64,000 nucleotides of DNA. Origin: Bacilli bacterium (lineage in GTDB: Bacteria; Bacillota_I; Bacilli_A; RF39; UBA660). The stretch spans positions 49,917 to 113,916 of the forward strand of contig JAFRCK010000023.1 of the NCBI GenBank assembly GCA_017404385.1. The letters are read 5' to 3'. Below the pieces are notes generated by a model, which searched no databases, had not been told where the DNA came from, and worked only from the letters and a program-made list of their open reading frames with translations. Positions 20,852 to 31,351 of this stretch are shown here, piece by piece (position 1 is the first letter of the stretch; each line of letters begins with the position of its first letter). A program made the translations under genes and the position numbers.

Positions 20852-20869
20852 ATTGAAAGGAAGGATAAT

Positions 20870-21916
20870 ATGAAAGAAAAGATTGAAGCATTAAGAAAAG
20901 AAATAGACGCTAAGATTAAAGAAGTAAAAGATATGTCTGCGCTTAATGAATTAAAAAATAATTATTTGAGTAAAAAGGGACCAGTTTCTGAGTTAACTAG
21001 TAAATTAAGAGATTTATCTGTTGAACAAAAGAAAGAATTTGGTAAATTAATTACTGATTTTAGAAATGATATAAGTTCTAAAATAGATACTTTAAAAGAA
21101 AAATATGAAGCTGAAGAGTTAAAGAAAAAATTAGAAAAAGAAAAAATTGATGTTACTTTACCTTCTACTAGAATAAAAAGAGGCAGTAAACATCCAAATA
21201 GCTTGACTATTGAGGCAGTTGAAGATCTTTTTGTATCCATGGGATATGACGTTGTAGAAGGACCAGAACTTGAAACAGATGAATATTGTTTTGAAAGACT
21301 TAATTTACCAAAAGGGCATCCAGCTAGAGATATGCAAGACAGTTTCTACATAAATGATGAATATTTACTAAGAACTCAAACATCTTCTGTGCAAGCAAGA
21401 TATATGGAAAGTAAAGTTAATGAACCAATAAGAATAATAGTTCCAGGAAAGACATATAGAAGAGAAGAAGATGCTACCCATGCGGCACAATTTAGTCAAA
21501 TAGAAGGTTTAGTTATTGATAAAAAAGAAAACAATGTTTCATTAGCAGATTTAAAAGGAACACTAGAAATATTTGCTAGAAAAATGTTAGGTAATAACTT
21601 AGATTTAAGATTTAGACCTAGTTACTTCCCATTTACTGAACCATCTTATGAAGTAGATGTAACATGTTTTAAATGTGGTGGTAAAGGATGTAATTTATGT
21701 AAATCTACTGGATGGATAGAAGTATTTGCTGCAGGGATAGTTCATCCAAATGTTTTAAAAGCAAATGGTTATGATCCTGATGTATGGGGTGGATTTGCTT
21801 TTGGCCCTGGATGGGATAGAATTACTATGTTTAGATATGGTATTCCTGATATTAGATATTTATATCAAAATGATATAAGGTTATTAAAACAATTTGATAG
21901 AAAGGATGATGAATAA
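20870..21916 (+). CDS. pheS: Phenylalanyl-tRNA synthetase alpha subunit
   Basis: HPARDMQDSFY, LRTQTS, RFRPSYFPFTEPS. Confidence 0.98.
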   Translation: MKEKIEALRKEIDAKIKEVKDMSALNELKNNYLSKKGPVSELTSKLRDLSVEQKKEFGKLITDFRNDISSKIDTLKEKYEAEELKKKLEKEKIDVTLPSTRIKRGSKHPNSLTIEAVEDLFVSMGYDVVEGPELETDEYCFERLNLPKGHPARDMQDSFYINDEYLLRTQTSSVQARYMESKVNEPIRIIVPGKTYRREEDATHAAQFSQIEGLVIDKKENNVSLADLKGTLEIFARKMLGNNLDLRFRPSYFPFTEPSYEVDVTCFKCGGKGCNLCKSTGWIEVFAAGIVHPNVLKANGYDPDVWGGFAFGPGWDRITMFRYGIPDIRYLYQNDIRLLKQFDRKDDE

Positions 21917-24285
21917 TGATACTATCTAGAAACTTTGTTAAAGACTATATTGATTTAGATGATAAATTAGATATAATAACAATTGCTGAAGAAATGACTA
22001 GAGTAGGTAATGAATACGATTTTGCTGGTAAATTTGTAGAAGCAACTAATTTAGTTATTGGAGAAATAGTTAAATGTGAAGACCATCCTGATTCAGATCA
22101 TTTACATGTATGCAATGTTAATGTAGGAAAAGAAATACTACAAATAGTATGTGGTGCACCAAATGCGAGAGAAGGATTAAAAGTAATAGTTGCCTTAGCA
22201 GGAGCTAAATTACCTGGTGGTGAAATAAAAAAGGGTAGTATAAGAGGAGTAGAATCTAATGGTATGATGTGTTCTATTGCTGAACTTGGTTTAGATAATA
22301 AATTCTTATCTGATAAAGATAGAGATGGAATAGCAGAATTATCTAAAGATGCACCTGTTGGTGAAGATGCTCTTAAATATTTAGGATTTGATGATGAAAT
22401 AGTAGATTTTGAGTTAACTGCTAATAGAGGAGATCTTTTAAGTATAATTGGTATGGCATATGAATTAGGTGCAATATATGATAAAAAAGTAAAAGATATT
22501 GAAATAGAATATGATGAAATAAAAGATAATATTAAAGATGAATTTAATATTGATATAAAAACTGATAATTGTTCTTTATTTTTAGCTAAGAAAGTGAAGA
22601 ATGTTGTTATTAAAGATAGTCCTGATTTTATTAAGAATAGATTGATGGCTTCTGGTATAAGACCTATTAATAATGTTGTTGATATTTCTAACTATGTTAT
22701 GCTTGAAACTGGTCAACCACTTCATTTTTATGATGCTGATAAACTAGGAAAAGACTTAGTAGTTAGAATGGCAACTAAAGATGAAAAACTAACTACTTTA
22801 GATAATATTGAAAGAGTATTAGATGAAAATATGATTGTTATAGCAAATAAAAATGAAGCAGTTGGACTTGCTGGTGTTATGGGTGGTCTTACAACAGAAG
22901 TAGAATCTGATACTAAAAATGTAATAATAGAATCTGCTATATTTGATAATGTATTGGTAAGAAAGGCAAGTAAAGTAGTTGTTAGAAGTGAAGCTAGTAA
23001 TAGATTTGAAAAGGGTTTAGATCCAAAAAGAACTTATATGGCTATTGAAAGAGCTTGTACCTTACTTCAAAAATATGCATCAGGTGAAGTGTTAAGTGGA
23101 ACTTTAGAATATGATAAGACTAATAAAAAAGAAAAAATAATAGAAATTACAGTTGAGAATATTAATAATGTATTAGGTACTGATTTAGATTCTAAAACAA
23201 TAATTAATGTATTTGATAGATTAGGATTTATTTCTAAAGAAAAAGATAATAAGATTACAGTGTCTGTACCAACTAGAAGATTAGATATTAATATAAAAGA
23301 AGATTTAATTGAGGAAGTTGGTAGAATATATGGGATTAATAATATAGAAGGTAAATTACCTAAATTAAATGTTAAAGAAGGTAGTTATGATAAGACTAAT
23401 AGATTAATTAGAAACAAATTAGTTGATTTAGGTTTAAATGAAGTATTAACACCTATATTTATGTCAGATAATATATCTGATATGTATAAAGAAAAAGATA
23501 CAGAATCTATATATTTATTAGATCCATTATTCAATGATAGAAATACAATTAGAACATCTTTAATACCATCTTTATTAAGCGTATATGAATATAATAATGC
23601 ACGTAATTTAAAAGATGTATCTATATTCGAAATAGCTAAATCTTTTTATAAAAAAGAAGAAAAGTATTTTGAAAACAAAAAACTATGTATATTAATGACA
23701 GGAGACTATTATTATCAATTAGGTAATAATAATAAAGTTGATTTCTATATAATAAAAGGTATAGTAGAAGAACTATTAATATATTTAGGATATGCAAATA
23801 GATATAGTTTATTAACTGATAATATACCTAGTTATATGCACCCAGGACAAAGTGCAATAATTAATTTAAACGGAAAAGATGTAGGTATAATTGGTAAAAT
23901 GCATCCAAATGTAGCAAAAGATGTATTTATATGTGAAATCAATTTAGATAGATTATTAGAAAATAGAGTATCTAAATTAAAATATAAAGAAATAAATAAA
24001 TACCCAAGCATTCAAAAAGATATGGCTTTTGTAATGGATAAAGATATTACAGCTGAAGCAGTAATTAAACTTATTAAAAAATCAGGTGGTAAGCTAGTAA
24101 CTGACATAAATGTATTTGATGTTTATGAAGGAGAGAATGTTGCTAAAAATAAAAAGTCTATAGCTTTTAATTTAACTTTTGAAGATTCATCTAGAACATT
24201 AACAGATGAAGAAGTAATGAAAGTATTTAATAATATAATAAAAGAAGTAGAAACTAAATTAAATATTAAATTAAGAAATATGTAA
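21916..24285 (+). CDS. pheT: Phenylalanyl-tRNA synthetase beta subunit
   Basis: QIVCGAPN, ELTANRGD, RPINNVVDISNYVMLETGQPLH, FDX-ACB C-terminus. Confidence 0.98.
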   Translation: MILSRNFVKDYIDLDDKLDIITIAEEMTRVGNEYDFAGKFVEATNLVIGEIVKCEDHPDSDHLHVCNVNVGKEILQIVCGAPNAREGLKVIVALAGAKLPGGEIKKGSIRGVESNGMMCSIAELGLDNKFLSDKDRDGIAELSKDAPVGEDALKYLGFDDEIVDFELTANRGDLLSIIGMAYELGAIYDKKVKDIEIEYDEIKDNIKDEFNIDIKTDNCSLFLAKKVKNVVIKDSPDFIKNRLMASGIRPINNVVDISNYVMLETGQPLHFYDADKLGKDLVVRMATKDEKLTTLDNIERVLDENMIVIANKNEAVGLAGVMGGLTTEVESDTKNVIIESAIFDNVLVRKASKVVVRSEASNRFEKGLDPKRTYMAIERACTLLQKYASGEVLSGTLEYDKTNKKEKIIEITVENINNVLGTDLDSKTIINVFDRLGFISKEKDNKITVSVPTRRLDINIKEDLIEEVGRIYGINNIEGKLPKLNVKEGSYDKTNRLIRNKLVDLGLNEVLTPIFMSDNISDMYKEKDTESIYLLDPLFNDRNTIRTSLIPSLLSVYEYNNARNLKDVSIFEIAKSFYKKEEKYFENKKLCILMTGDYYYQLGNNNKVDFYIIKGIVEELLIYLGYANRYSLLTDNIPSYMHPGQSAIINLNGKDVGIIGKMHPNVAKDVFICEINLDRLLENRVSKLKYKEINKYPSIQKDMAFVMDKDITAEAVIKLIKKSGGKLVTDINVFDVYEGENVAKNKKSIAFNLTFEDSSRTLTDEEVMKVFNNIIKEVETKLNIKLRNM

Positions 24286-24370
24286 AACGGATTATCGAAA
24301 TAATTCGTTTTTTTATTGATTATTGAGCCTAAAAATGATAAAATTAACATGAATAGGATAGGAGTAATAT

Positions 24371-25297
24371 ATGAAAAAGAAAAAAAGAGTCATAATAATA
24401 ATTGTTGTATTTTTTCTTGTAGGCTTATTACTATTTTTAGTACTAAATAAGACAAATCTACTTAAATTAAGATCAAGCATAATAGATGTAAAACATGGTA
24501 TATTGAAAACATATGAAATAGGTGATATTGTTATTTTTAATCCTATAAATTATGAAATATGTGAAGATACTTCTACTAGTGAAACATGTTATAAATGGCT
24601 TGTAATTGCTAGGGGTAATAATGATTATGATTTATATGGTGTTGATAGTAGATTATCATTTAAATGGGACAAACAAAATCCTATAGATTCTATTAAAGAA
24701 AATACTAAGAATTGGAATAATAATTTAGCTTTAAAGAAGTATAGTGATATTAATATTAATGAAAATAATAAATTAACATATAAGGGATTAAATTCAAAGA
24801 TGATAACAAATGAAGAAATTGATGTGTTATCAAATGAATATAAGTCTAAACTTTTTATTGATGAAAAAGATAAACCTTTAAGATTTGTAGTTGTCAATAA
24901 TGATAATTTAAGTTTTGATTATTATTTTTATAATGATATTAATAAGTTAGTAACATCAGAAAAACTATTTGATTTTTCAAATTATAGTAATCAACCAAAC
25001 CAAGATATATTTATTAAACCATTAATTAATCTAGAATTAAGTGAAAAAGTAAAGAATTCACTTATATATGAATTTGATATATATTTTATTGTTGATGGTA
25101 GTGAATATTACAAAGATGAACGTGTAGAACATTATGGCTCTATTACAAAACCAAGTGATCCCACAAAAGATGGATATACATTTAAGTATTGGAGTTTAGA
25201 AGTAGATGGGGAAGAGTATGATTTAGATACTCCTGTAGAAAATAGTTTAGAATTATTTGCAGTTTTTGAAAAAAATGAAGATAATAAAACTCAATAA
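24371..25297 (+). CDS. Membrane-anchored surface protein with C-terminal InlB B-repeat (Flg_new-like)
   Basis: N-terminal anchor; PSDPTKDGYTFKYW...YDLDTPVENSLELFAVF. Confidence 0.75.
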   Translation: MKKKKRVIIIIVVFFLVGLLLFLVLNKTNLLKLRSSIIDVKHGILKTYEIGDIVIFNPINYEICEDTSTSETCYKWLVIARGNNDYDLYGVDSRLSFKWDKQNPIDSIKENTKNWNNNLALKKYSDININENNKLTYKGLNSKMITNEEIDVLSNEYKSKLFIDEKDKPLRFVVVNNDNLSFDYYFYNDINKLVTSEKLFDFSNYSNQPNQDIFIKPLINLELSEKVKNSLIYEFDIYFIVDGSEYYKDERVEHYGSITKPSDPTKDGYTFKYWSLEVDGEEYDLDTPVENSLELFAVFEKNEDNKTQ

Positions 25298-25328
25298 AAA
25301 AGGATTGTTTAAAACAATCCTTTTTTTT
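25296..25328. terminator. Bidirectional terminator
   Basis: AAAAAAGGATTGTTT-AAAACAATCCTTTTTT between convergent genes. Confidence 0.85.
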
Positions 25329-26082
25329 GACTATCTAATATATATCTTTTTTCATAATTCTTTTTAGTTAACATATCATTAATTAATTCATGATTTTCTT
25401 TAGTATTAAATCTATGAGGTATTCCATCTTCTTGTATACTAAGTAATAGTCTTGGCATTATTACTCTTGAATAGAAAGATAAAGTATATAGATTGAACAT
25501 ATAATTATCTACATTATTAATTTTTTTATTACGTTCAAAATAATTATCTATATATGGATTAGATAAATCAAAATCTAAACCATGTACATTAAAATTATCT
25601 ATATCAAGAAATTTTATTTCACCATTATCATCTACTAAAAAATTGTCATCAGAATAAAAATCTCCAATATATATACCATTACGATTTAATTCTTCAACTC
25701 TTTCTCTTAGTTTTTTTAGAAGTATAAGTTTTTTTCTTTTTGAATCCCATCTACAATCTTCTAAAGTAGGTAAATCAGAATATTCCATTGTATATCCAAC
25801 TAAACCTAGATTTTCATCATACAATAAATCAAATGGTTTTGGATCATCCATCATGCATATATCTTTATCTAATAGTTTTAATTTTTCTTCCTTGTTCTTT
25901 TGCATTTTTTCATCAAAATCTATTATTTTAGGAATACCACAATTACATACTTTAATTTTTCTTTTAAAAAATTTTAAAGCAACTTCATATCCTTTATCAT
26001 CAGTATACATAAATACATCTGAAGTAAAGCCTTTACCAATTCTTTTACCAACATTTTCATAGTTAATTTCTTTTTTTTCCAT
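25309..26082 (-). CDS. Protein kinase-like (PKL fold) protein
   Basis: IGKGFTSDVF glycine loop, VALK lysine, YTMEY hinge, IGDF...DNFLV catalytic loop, FLDIDN. Confidence 0.8.
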   Translation of the reverse strand: MEKKEINYENVGKRIGKGFTSDVFMYTDDKGYEVALKFFKRKIKVCNCGIPKIIDFDEKMQKNKEEKLKLLDKDICMMDDPKPFDLLYDENLGLVGYTMEYSDLPTLEDCRWDSKRKKLILLKKLRERVEELNRNGIYIGDFYSDDNFLVDDNGEIKFLDIDNFNVHGLDFDLSNPYIDNYFERNKKINNVDNYMFNLYTLSFYSRVIMPRLLLSIQEDGIPHRFNTKENHELINDMLTKKNYEKRYILDSQKKGLF

Positions 26083-26164
26083 TTTTTCACATCCAATAAT
26101 TATTATTTTATAATTAAATGGAAAAAAGTCAATTATTTTGGTACAATATTTATAGGTGATTAGA

Positions 26165-28744
26165 ATGAAAAAAGTAATATTAGTAGATGGCAACAATTTA
26201 TTATTTAGAAGTTATTACGCAACTGCGTATTCAGGAAATTTAATGAAAAATAGTAAAGGATTTCCAACAAACGCATTATTTGGTTTAACTAATATGTTAA
26301 ATAAGATAATAAAAGAAGAAAACCCAGAGTATATGCTTGTAGCATTTGATAAAGGTAAAACATTTAGACATGAAAAATATAAAGATTATAAAGCTGGAAG
26401 AATTAAAACACCAGATGATTTAGTAGTTCAATTTAAACCATCAAGAGAACTAACAAGAGCGCTTGGTATCAAATGCTTTGAAATAGATAATTATGAAGCA
26501 GATGATATTATTGGTACTTATTCTAAATTAATTGATGAAGATCCTGATTATGAAGGAATAATTGTAAGTAGTGATAAAGATTTACTTCAATTAATTAGTC
26601 CTAAAGTAAAAGTCAAATTATTAAAAACTAAAGATTACATTATGATGGATGAAGATGAATTTAAAAATACCTATGGACTTGAACCAATTAAAATGATAGA
26701 TTTAAAAGGATTAATGGGTGATTCTTCAGATAATATTCCAGGTGTTAAAGGAATAGGTGAAAAAACGGCGATTAAATTACTTCAAGAATATGGATCGCTA
26801 GAAAACTTATATGATCATATAGATGAATTAAAGGGTGCGACTAAAGATAAATTAGTTCAAGGTAAAGCAGATGCATTTATGTCAAAAGAAATGGCAACCA
26901 TTTTTAGAGAAGTACCAGTTGAATATAAATTATCTGAATTAAAATTAGATGAAACAAAAGATGAATTAAAAACTATATATGAAGATCTTGAATTCTATAG
27001 TTTTCTAAAGAATATAAGAAAAAATACTGTTTTAGAGAAAAATGAATCTAGTGATATAAAAATAGTTTCTAGTTTAAATGAAATTAAATTAGATAAAACT
27101 ATTAGTGTATTTATTGAAACTGATAATACTAATTATCATGATGCGAATGTATTAGGTATTACTATGTATGATGGAAAAAGTGCTTATTTTTTACCAATAG
27201 ATTTAGTAGTTAATAATAAAGAATTCTTTAATTTATTTAATATATATACATACGATAATAAAAAGAATATAGTAGTATTAAATAAATATGGAATCAGTTT
27301 TAAAACATGTGAATTTGATACTATGATCGCAGCATATATTTTAAATTATAATGTTAAAGATGATGCAGCATATCTTGCGAGTAACTTTAATTATGATGTA
27401 ATGTTTTATAATGAATTAATGAAAAGTGATAAAAGTCCTGAAATTTTATCTAGTGAAGGACTTAAAAAAGCTAAGTTTATATTTGAAACTAAATCTAAAT
27501 TAGAACAAGATATGAAAGATGAAAAGTCTTATGATTTATTTAAGAATATTGAAATGAAATTATCGTTTGTACTAGCGTCTATGGAAATAGAGGGTATTAG
27601 AGTAGATAGAGAAGTACTAAAGAATATGGGAGAAGAAATTAATAAAAAGATGCTTTCTTTAGAAAAGGAAATATATGATTTAGCTGGTCTTGAATTTAAT
27701 ATTCAGTCTCCAAAACAATTAGGTGAAGTACTATTTGATAAAATGGGTATTCCATATCCTAAAAAGAAGAAAACATCTTATTCAACATCTAGAGAAATAT
27801 TAGATAAGATTAGAGATGATAATCCAATTGTTGATAAAATTATAGATTATAGAACACTTGCGAAGTTATATAGTACATATATTGTTGGAATAGATTCATC
27901 TATTAAAGAAGATTCTAAGTTACATACTATATACACTCAAACATTAACAAGAACAGGTAGACTATCTTCAATAGAACCTAATTTACAAAATATACCTATT
28001 AGATATGAAGAGGGTAAACTAATAAGAAAAGCATTTGTTCCAGAAGAAGATTCAGTGTTTATATCATCAGATTATTCTCAAATAGAACTTAGAATATTTG
28101 CTCATATGTCTAATGAAGAAAATATGATAAATGCATTTAATAGTAATCTAGATATTCATACTAAGACCGCAATGGATATATTTCATGTAAAAAAGGAAGA
28201 AGTTACTAAATTAATGAGAAGACAAGCTAAAGCAGTTAATTTTGGTATTTTATATGGAATTAGTAGTTTTGGTCTTGCTGAAGACATAGGAACTGATTTT
28301 GGTACTGCTAAAAAGTTTATGGATAATTATTTAGATGCTTTTCCTAAAATAAGAGAATATAATCAAAAGGTAATTGAGGATGCATATAAAAATGGGTATG
28401 TTTTAACTATTATGAATAGAAAAAGAAAAATAGAAGAATTAGATAATACAAACTATATAATTAGACAGCAGGGAGAAAGAATTGCGCAAAATACACCTAT
28501 TCAAGGTAGTGCTGCTGATATTCTTAAACTTGCTATGATAAATATATATGATGAATTTAGTAAACAAAATTTAAAAAGTAAAATGATATTACAAATACAC
28601 GATGAGTTAATATTTAATGTATTAAATAATGAAAAAGAAAAAGTTAAAAAGATAATTAAAGATAAAATGGAAAATGTATATAAATTAAATGTACCTTTAG
28701 TAGTAGATATAGAAGAGGGTACTAATTGGTATGATACTAAATAA
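26165..28744 (+). CDS. polA: DNA polymerase I
   Basis: LVDGNNL, YEADDIIG, GDSSDNIPGV, TGRLSS, DYSQIELR, QIHDEL. Confidence 0.98.
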   Translation: MKKVILVDGNNLLFRSYYATAYSGNLMKNSKGFPTNALFGLTNMLNKIIKEENPEYMLVAFDKGKTFRHEKYKDYKAGRIKTPDDLVVQFKPSRELTRALGIKCFEIDNYEADDIIGTYSKLIDEDPDYEGIIVSSDKDLLQLISPKVKVKLLKTKDYIMMDEDEFKNTYGLEPIKMIDLKGLMGDSSDNIPGVKGIGEKTAIKLLQEYGSLENLYDHIDELKGATKDKLVQGKADAFMSKEMATIFREVPVEYKLSELKLDETKDELKTIYEDLEFYSFLKNIRKNTVLEKNESSDIKIVSSLNEIKLDKTISVFIETDNTNYHDANVLGITMYDGKSAYFLPIDLVVNNKEFFNLFNIYTYDNKKNIVVLNKYGISFKTCEFDTMIAAYILNYNVKDDAAYLASNFNYDVMFYNELMKSDKSPEILSSEGLKKAKFIFETKSKLEQDMKDEKSYDLFKNIEMKLSFVLASMEIEGIRVDREVLKNMGEEINKKMLSLEKEIYDLAGLEFNIQSPKQLGEVLFDKMGIPYPKKKKTSYSTSREILDKIRDDNPIVDKIIDYRTLAKLYSTYIVGIDSSIKEDSKLHTIYTQTLTRTGRLSSIEPNLQNIPIRYEEGKLIRKAFVPEEDSVFISSDYSQIELRIFAHMSNEENMINAFNSNLDIHTKTAMDIFHVKKEEVTKLMRRQAKAVNFGILYGISSFGLAEDIGTDFGTAKKFMDNYLDAFPKIREYNQKVIEDAYKNGYVLTIMNRKRKIEELDNTNYIIRQQGERIAQNTPIQGSAADILKLAMINIYDEFSKQNLKSKMILQIHDELIFNVLNNEKEKVKKIIKDKMENVYKLNVPLVVDIEEGTNWYDTK

Positions 28745-28911
28745 TGTAAAAATTATTGTAAATTACATAATTTGTTGTTAATTATCCCATAATTTGATGT
28801 TATAATTTAATTGTAAACTACATAAAATAGTATTAAAGTATTGACTTTACACTTTCTTTATGTTATATTGTTTACGCTTAAAGAAATAAAGTTAAGAAAT
28901 GGAGGGATAAT

Positions 28912-29337
28912 ATGAGAGATGTTTATATTTTTGAATACTTAAATGAAGCAGAATTCAAAAAGAGAGAGAGATCTGTAAAAAAGTATAATATGTTTGCGTT
29001 CAAGAAATTAATCTTTGATTTTTATCCTGAAATGAAGGAAGGTAACTTTTTAGGAAATAAAGTAGGAGAAGATAAAGAAATGAATACTATATCATATGAA
29101 TTATCATTACCTACAGATGATTTATTTGTAAAAGTTCATGGAGAAATAGTATTACATTATGATGTTTATACTAATAAAAATATTATTTTATTGAAGACTA
29201 TAACACCTGAAGATTTATTAATAGAAGGTCATAATACAGAACTTGGAGCTTATAAAGGGGTTATGATTAGTAAAGAAAATGCTGAAAAGGATATGTTTAA
29301 AATAAATTTATTAAATATGTTGAATGGAAAAAAATAG
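28912..29337 (+). CDS. Hypothetical protein
   Basis: 141 aa with GGAGG RBS, tandem promoter-like elements upstream and a terminator downstream. Confidence 0.7.
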   Translation: MRDVYIFEYLNEAEFKKRERSVKKYNMFAFKKLIFDFYPEMKEGNFLGNKVGEDKEMNTISYELSLPTDDLFVKVHGEIVLHYDVYTNKNIILLKTITPEDLLIEGHNTELGAYKGVMISKENAEKDMFKINLLNMLNGKK

Positions 29338-29422
29338 GACTTAGTCCTTTTTTTTTATGTAAAGTATTAAAAAATAATACATAGTATATTTAAAATATGT
29401 TATAATTTACATAGAGTGAGGG

Positions 29423-30556
29423 ATGTTTATGACATGGATAAGAGATAATCTTTTAAAGATAGCAATTATACTAGGAGTATTGATAATAATAATTATTATT
29501 GTTTCATTATTTGCGCCAGGAGGTAAAAAAACAGATGCTGTAGAAGCAAGTGGGTATGAAGAAATAGAAAATAAAATGCAGTCAGCTGCGATTAATTTTT
29601 TGAATGATAATAAGAACTTTTTGCCTTCTTCATCTGATAAAAGTACAACTATTAAACTAGAAACTTTAGAAAAAAACAGATATATTGGTTCAGTTTACGC
29701 TATTGAAGATTCTAGTGTTAAGTGTAAAGGGGAAGTTGTTATTAATAAAACTAGTGATGATACTAAAGATTATAGGATAGTTCCATATATTTCATGTGGG
29801 AAATATTATACGACTAGAAAAATTAAAGACTATATACTAGATAATGAAAAAATAGTAACATCTGATGATGGATTATATAAAGAAGGAGATATTTATAGAT
29901 TTAAAGGTGAATATCCTAATAATTATATTTTACTTGGTGAAAGAAAATATAGAATTATTTCTATACAACCAGATGGATCCTTAAAATTGATGAGAATTTT
30001 GAAAACAAATTCATATTATATTTGGGATGACAGATATAATTCTGAAGTTAAAAAATCTATAGGTATAAATAATTATGAAAAAAGTAGAATGAAAGATAAT
30101 TTATATTTTATATTAAATAATAATGATCCAGAAAAAGGTTCAGTAGAATTAAGTAATGAAGAAAAAACATATTTTTTAAATCACGAATTTTGTAATGGAG
30201 CTTTAGATGTACACTCAAATGAAATAAGTGTAGCTAATGAATGTAAAACTACAATTACACAAAGAATAGGTTTAGCAAATCCAAGTGATTATTATTTGGC
30301 AAGTGTTGATTCTGCATGTACAAAAATGAAGATGCCTGAATGTACAAATTACAATTACATGAATAAATACGATCGATTAGTTTTAATGAATTTACCAACA
30401 AATTATAGCTACAGATATTTATATTTGGAGAATTCATCACTATTCTCTATTGATGCGAATAGGGGTAATAAATTAACTATTTTTGTTTATATAGATGGTG
30501 ATAATGTATATAAATCAGGAAATGGAACAAATGATAATCCATATGTTATAAGGTAA
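29423..30556 (+). CDS. Pilin-like membrane-anchored surface protein with C-terminal DUF6273-like domain
   Basis: N-terminal hydrophobic helix and a Cys-pair head; YRFKGEYPNNY...YRIISIQPDGSLKL; C-terminal SGNGTNDNPY. Confidence 0.6.
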   Translation: MFMTWIRDNLLKIAIILGVLIIIIIIVSLFAPGGKKTDAVEASGYEEIENKMQSAAINFLNDNKNFLPSSSDKSTTIKLETLEKNRYIGSVYAIEDSSVKCKGEVVINKTSDDTKDYRIVPYISCGKYYTTRKIKDYILDNEKIVTSDDGLYKEGDIYRFKGEYPNNYILLGERKYRIISIQPDGSLKLMRILKTNSYYIWDDRYNSEVKKSIGINNYEKSRMKDNLYFILNNNDPEKGSVELSNEEKTYFLNHEFCNGALDVHSNEISVANECKTTITQRIGLANPSDYYLASVDSACTKMKMPECTNYNYMNKYDRLVLMNLPTNYSYRYLYLENSSLFSIDANRGNKLTIFVYIDGDNVYKSGNGTNDNPYVIR

Positions 30557-30559
30557 TTT

Positions 30560-31321
30560 ATGTTTATAATAAATTTAGTAGATAAAGATGATAAAAGAAT
30601 TGAGTTGCTAAAAACTAAGTCTCAAATTGATATAGATAGATTTACAACTTGCTTTGAAGGACCAGAATATCTTTTAAGGGAATTAGGATTAGATGATACT
30701 TATAAAATTGAAGTATTAGAATATTTAAAAAAAGATGCTGAACCTAAAATACTAAATTTTACTGGTTCAAAATATAGAAACGTTATTTATAATTATAATA
30801 ATATGGATTATTTTAAAGGAATATCAAGTTTAGAAAGAAGTATTTATAAAACTTATTTTAATAATGAATTATTATTTCAAGATACTAAAAAAGATAAATA
30901 TAGTGATAAAAAGAAGGCTGAAATATATAAGATATTTGATATATTAAAATCTAATTCTAGTGATTATAGAGAAAAATTATCTAATGCAGTTTTTAACTAT
31001 TTTAAAGATTATTATTCTGCTTTTAAAAACTTTTATAAATACATTATTGAATTTTCAAAGAAAGAAAAGTTGATTTATCCTCCAGGGACACTAGAATCTA
31101 TAAATTCACTTATAATTCGTATGCAAGATAAAATATCTGGTAAAGCTAATGAAACAAATATAGATTTAAGTTTAGAAGATAATGTGGATAGTATTTTAGC
31201 AAATCCATTATCAGAAATAGATGATCAAGTAAGTGAATTAGATATGTTTTTAGATGAACATGGCATTTCTGAAGAAGAAAAGAAAAGAGTGCTAGATAAT
31301 AAAATAAAAAAAATTAATTAG
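30560..31321 (+). CDS. Hypothetical protein
   Basis: 253-aa ORF, 3 nt after the upstream stop. Confidence 0.65.
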   Translation: MFIINLVDKDDKRIELLKTKSQIDIDRFTTCFEGPEYLLRELGLDDTYKIEVLEYLKKDAEPKILNFTGSKYRNVIYNYNNMDYFKGISSLERSIYKTYFNNELLFQDTKKDKYSDKKKAEIYKIFDILKSNSSDYREKLSNAVFNYFKDYYSAFKNFYKYIIEFSKKEKLIYPPGTLESINSLIIRMQDKISGKANETNIDLSLEDNVDSILANPLSEIDDQVSELDMFLDEHGISEEEKKRVLDNKIKKIN

Positions 31322-31351
31322 GGATATTTCCCTTTTTTTGGTGGTGAAAGT

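Noticed and set aside
28755-28830. TACATAA boxes as dif half-sites
   Set aside because: The partner arm is absent; kept only as possible operators.
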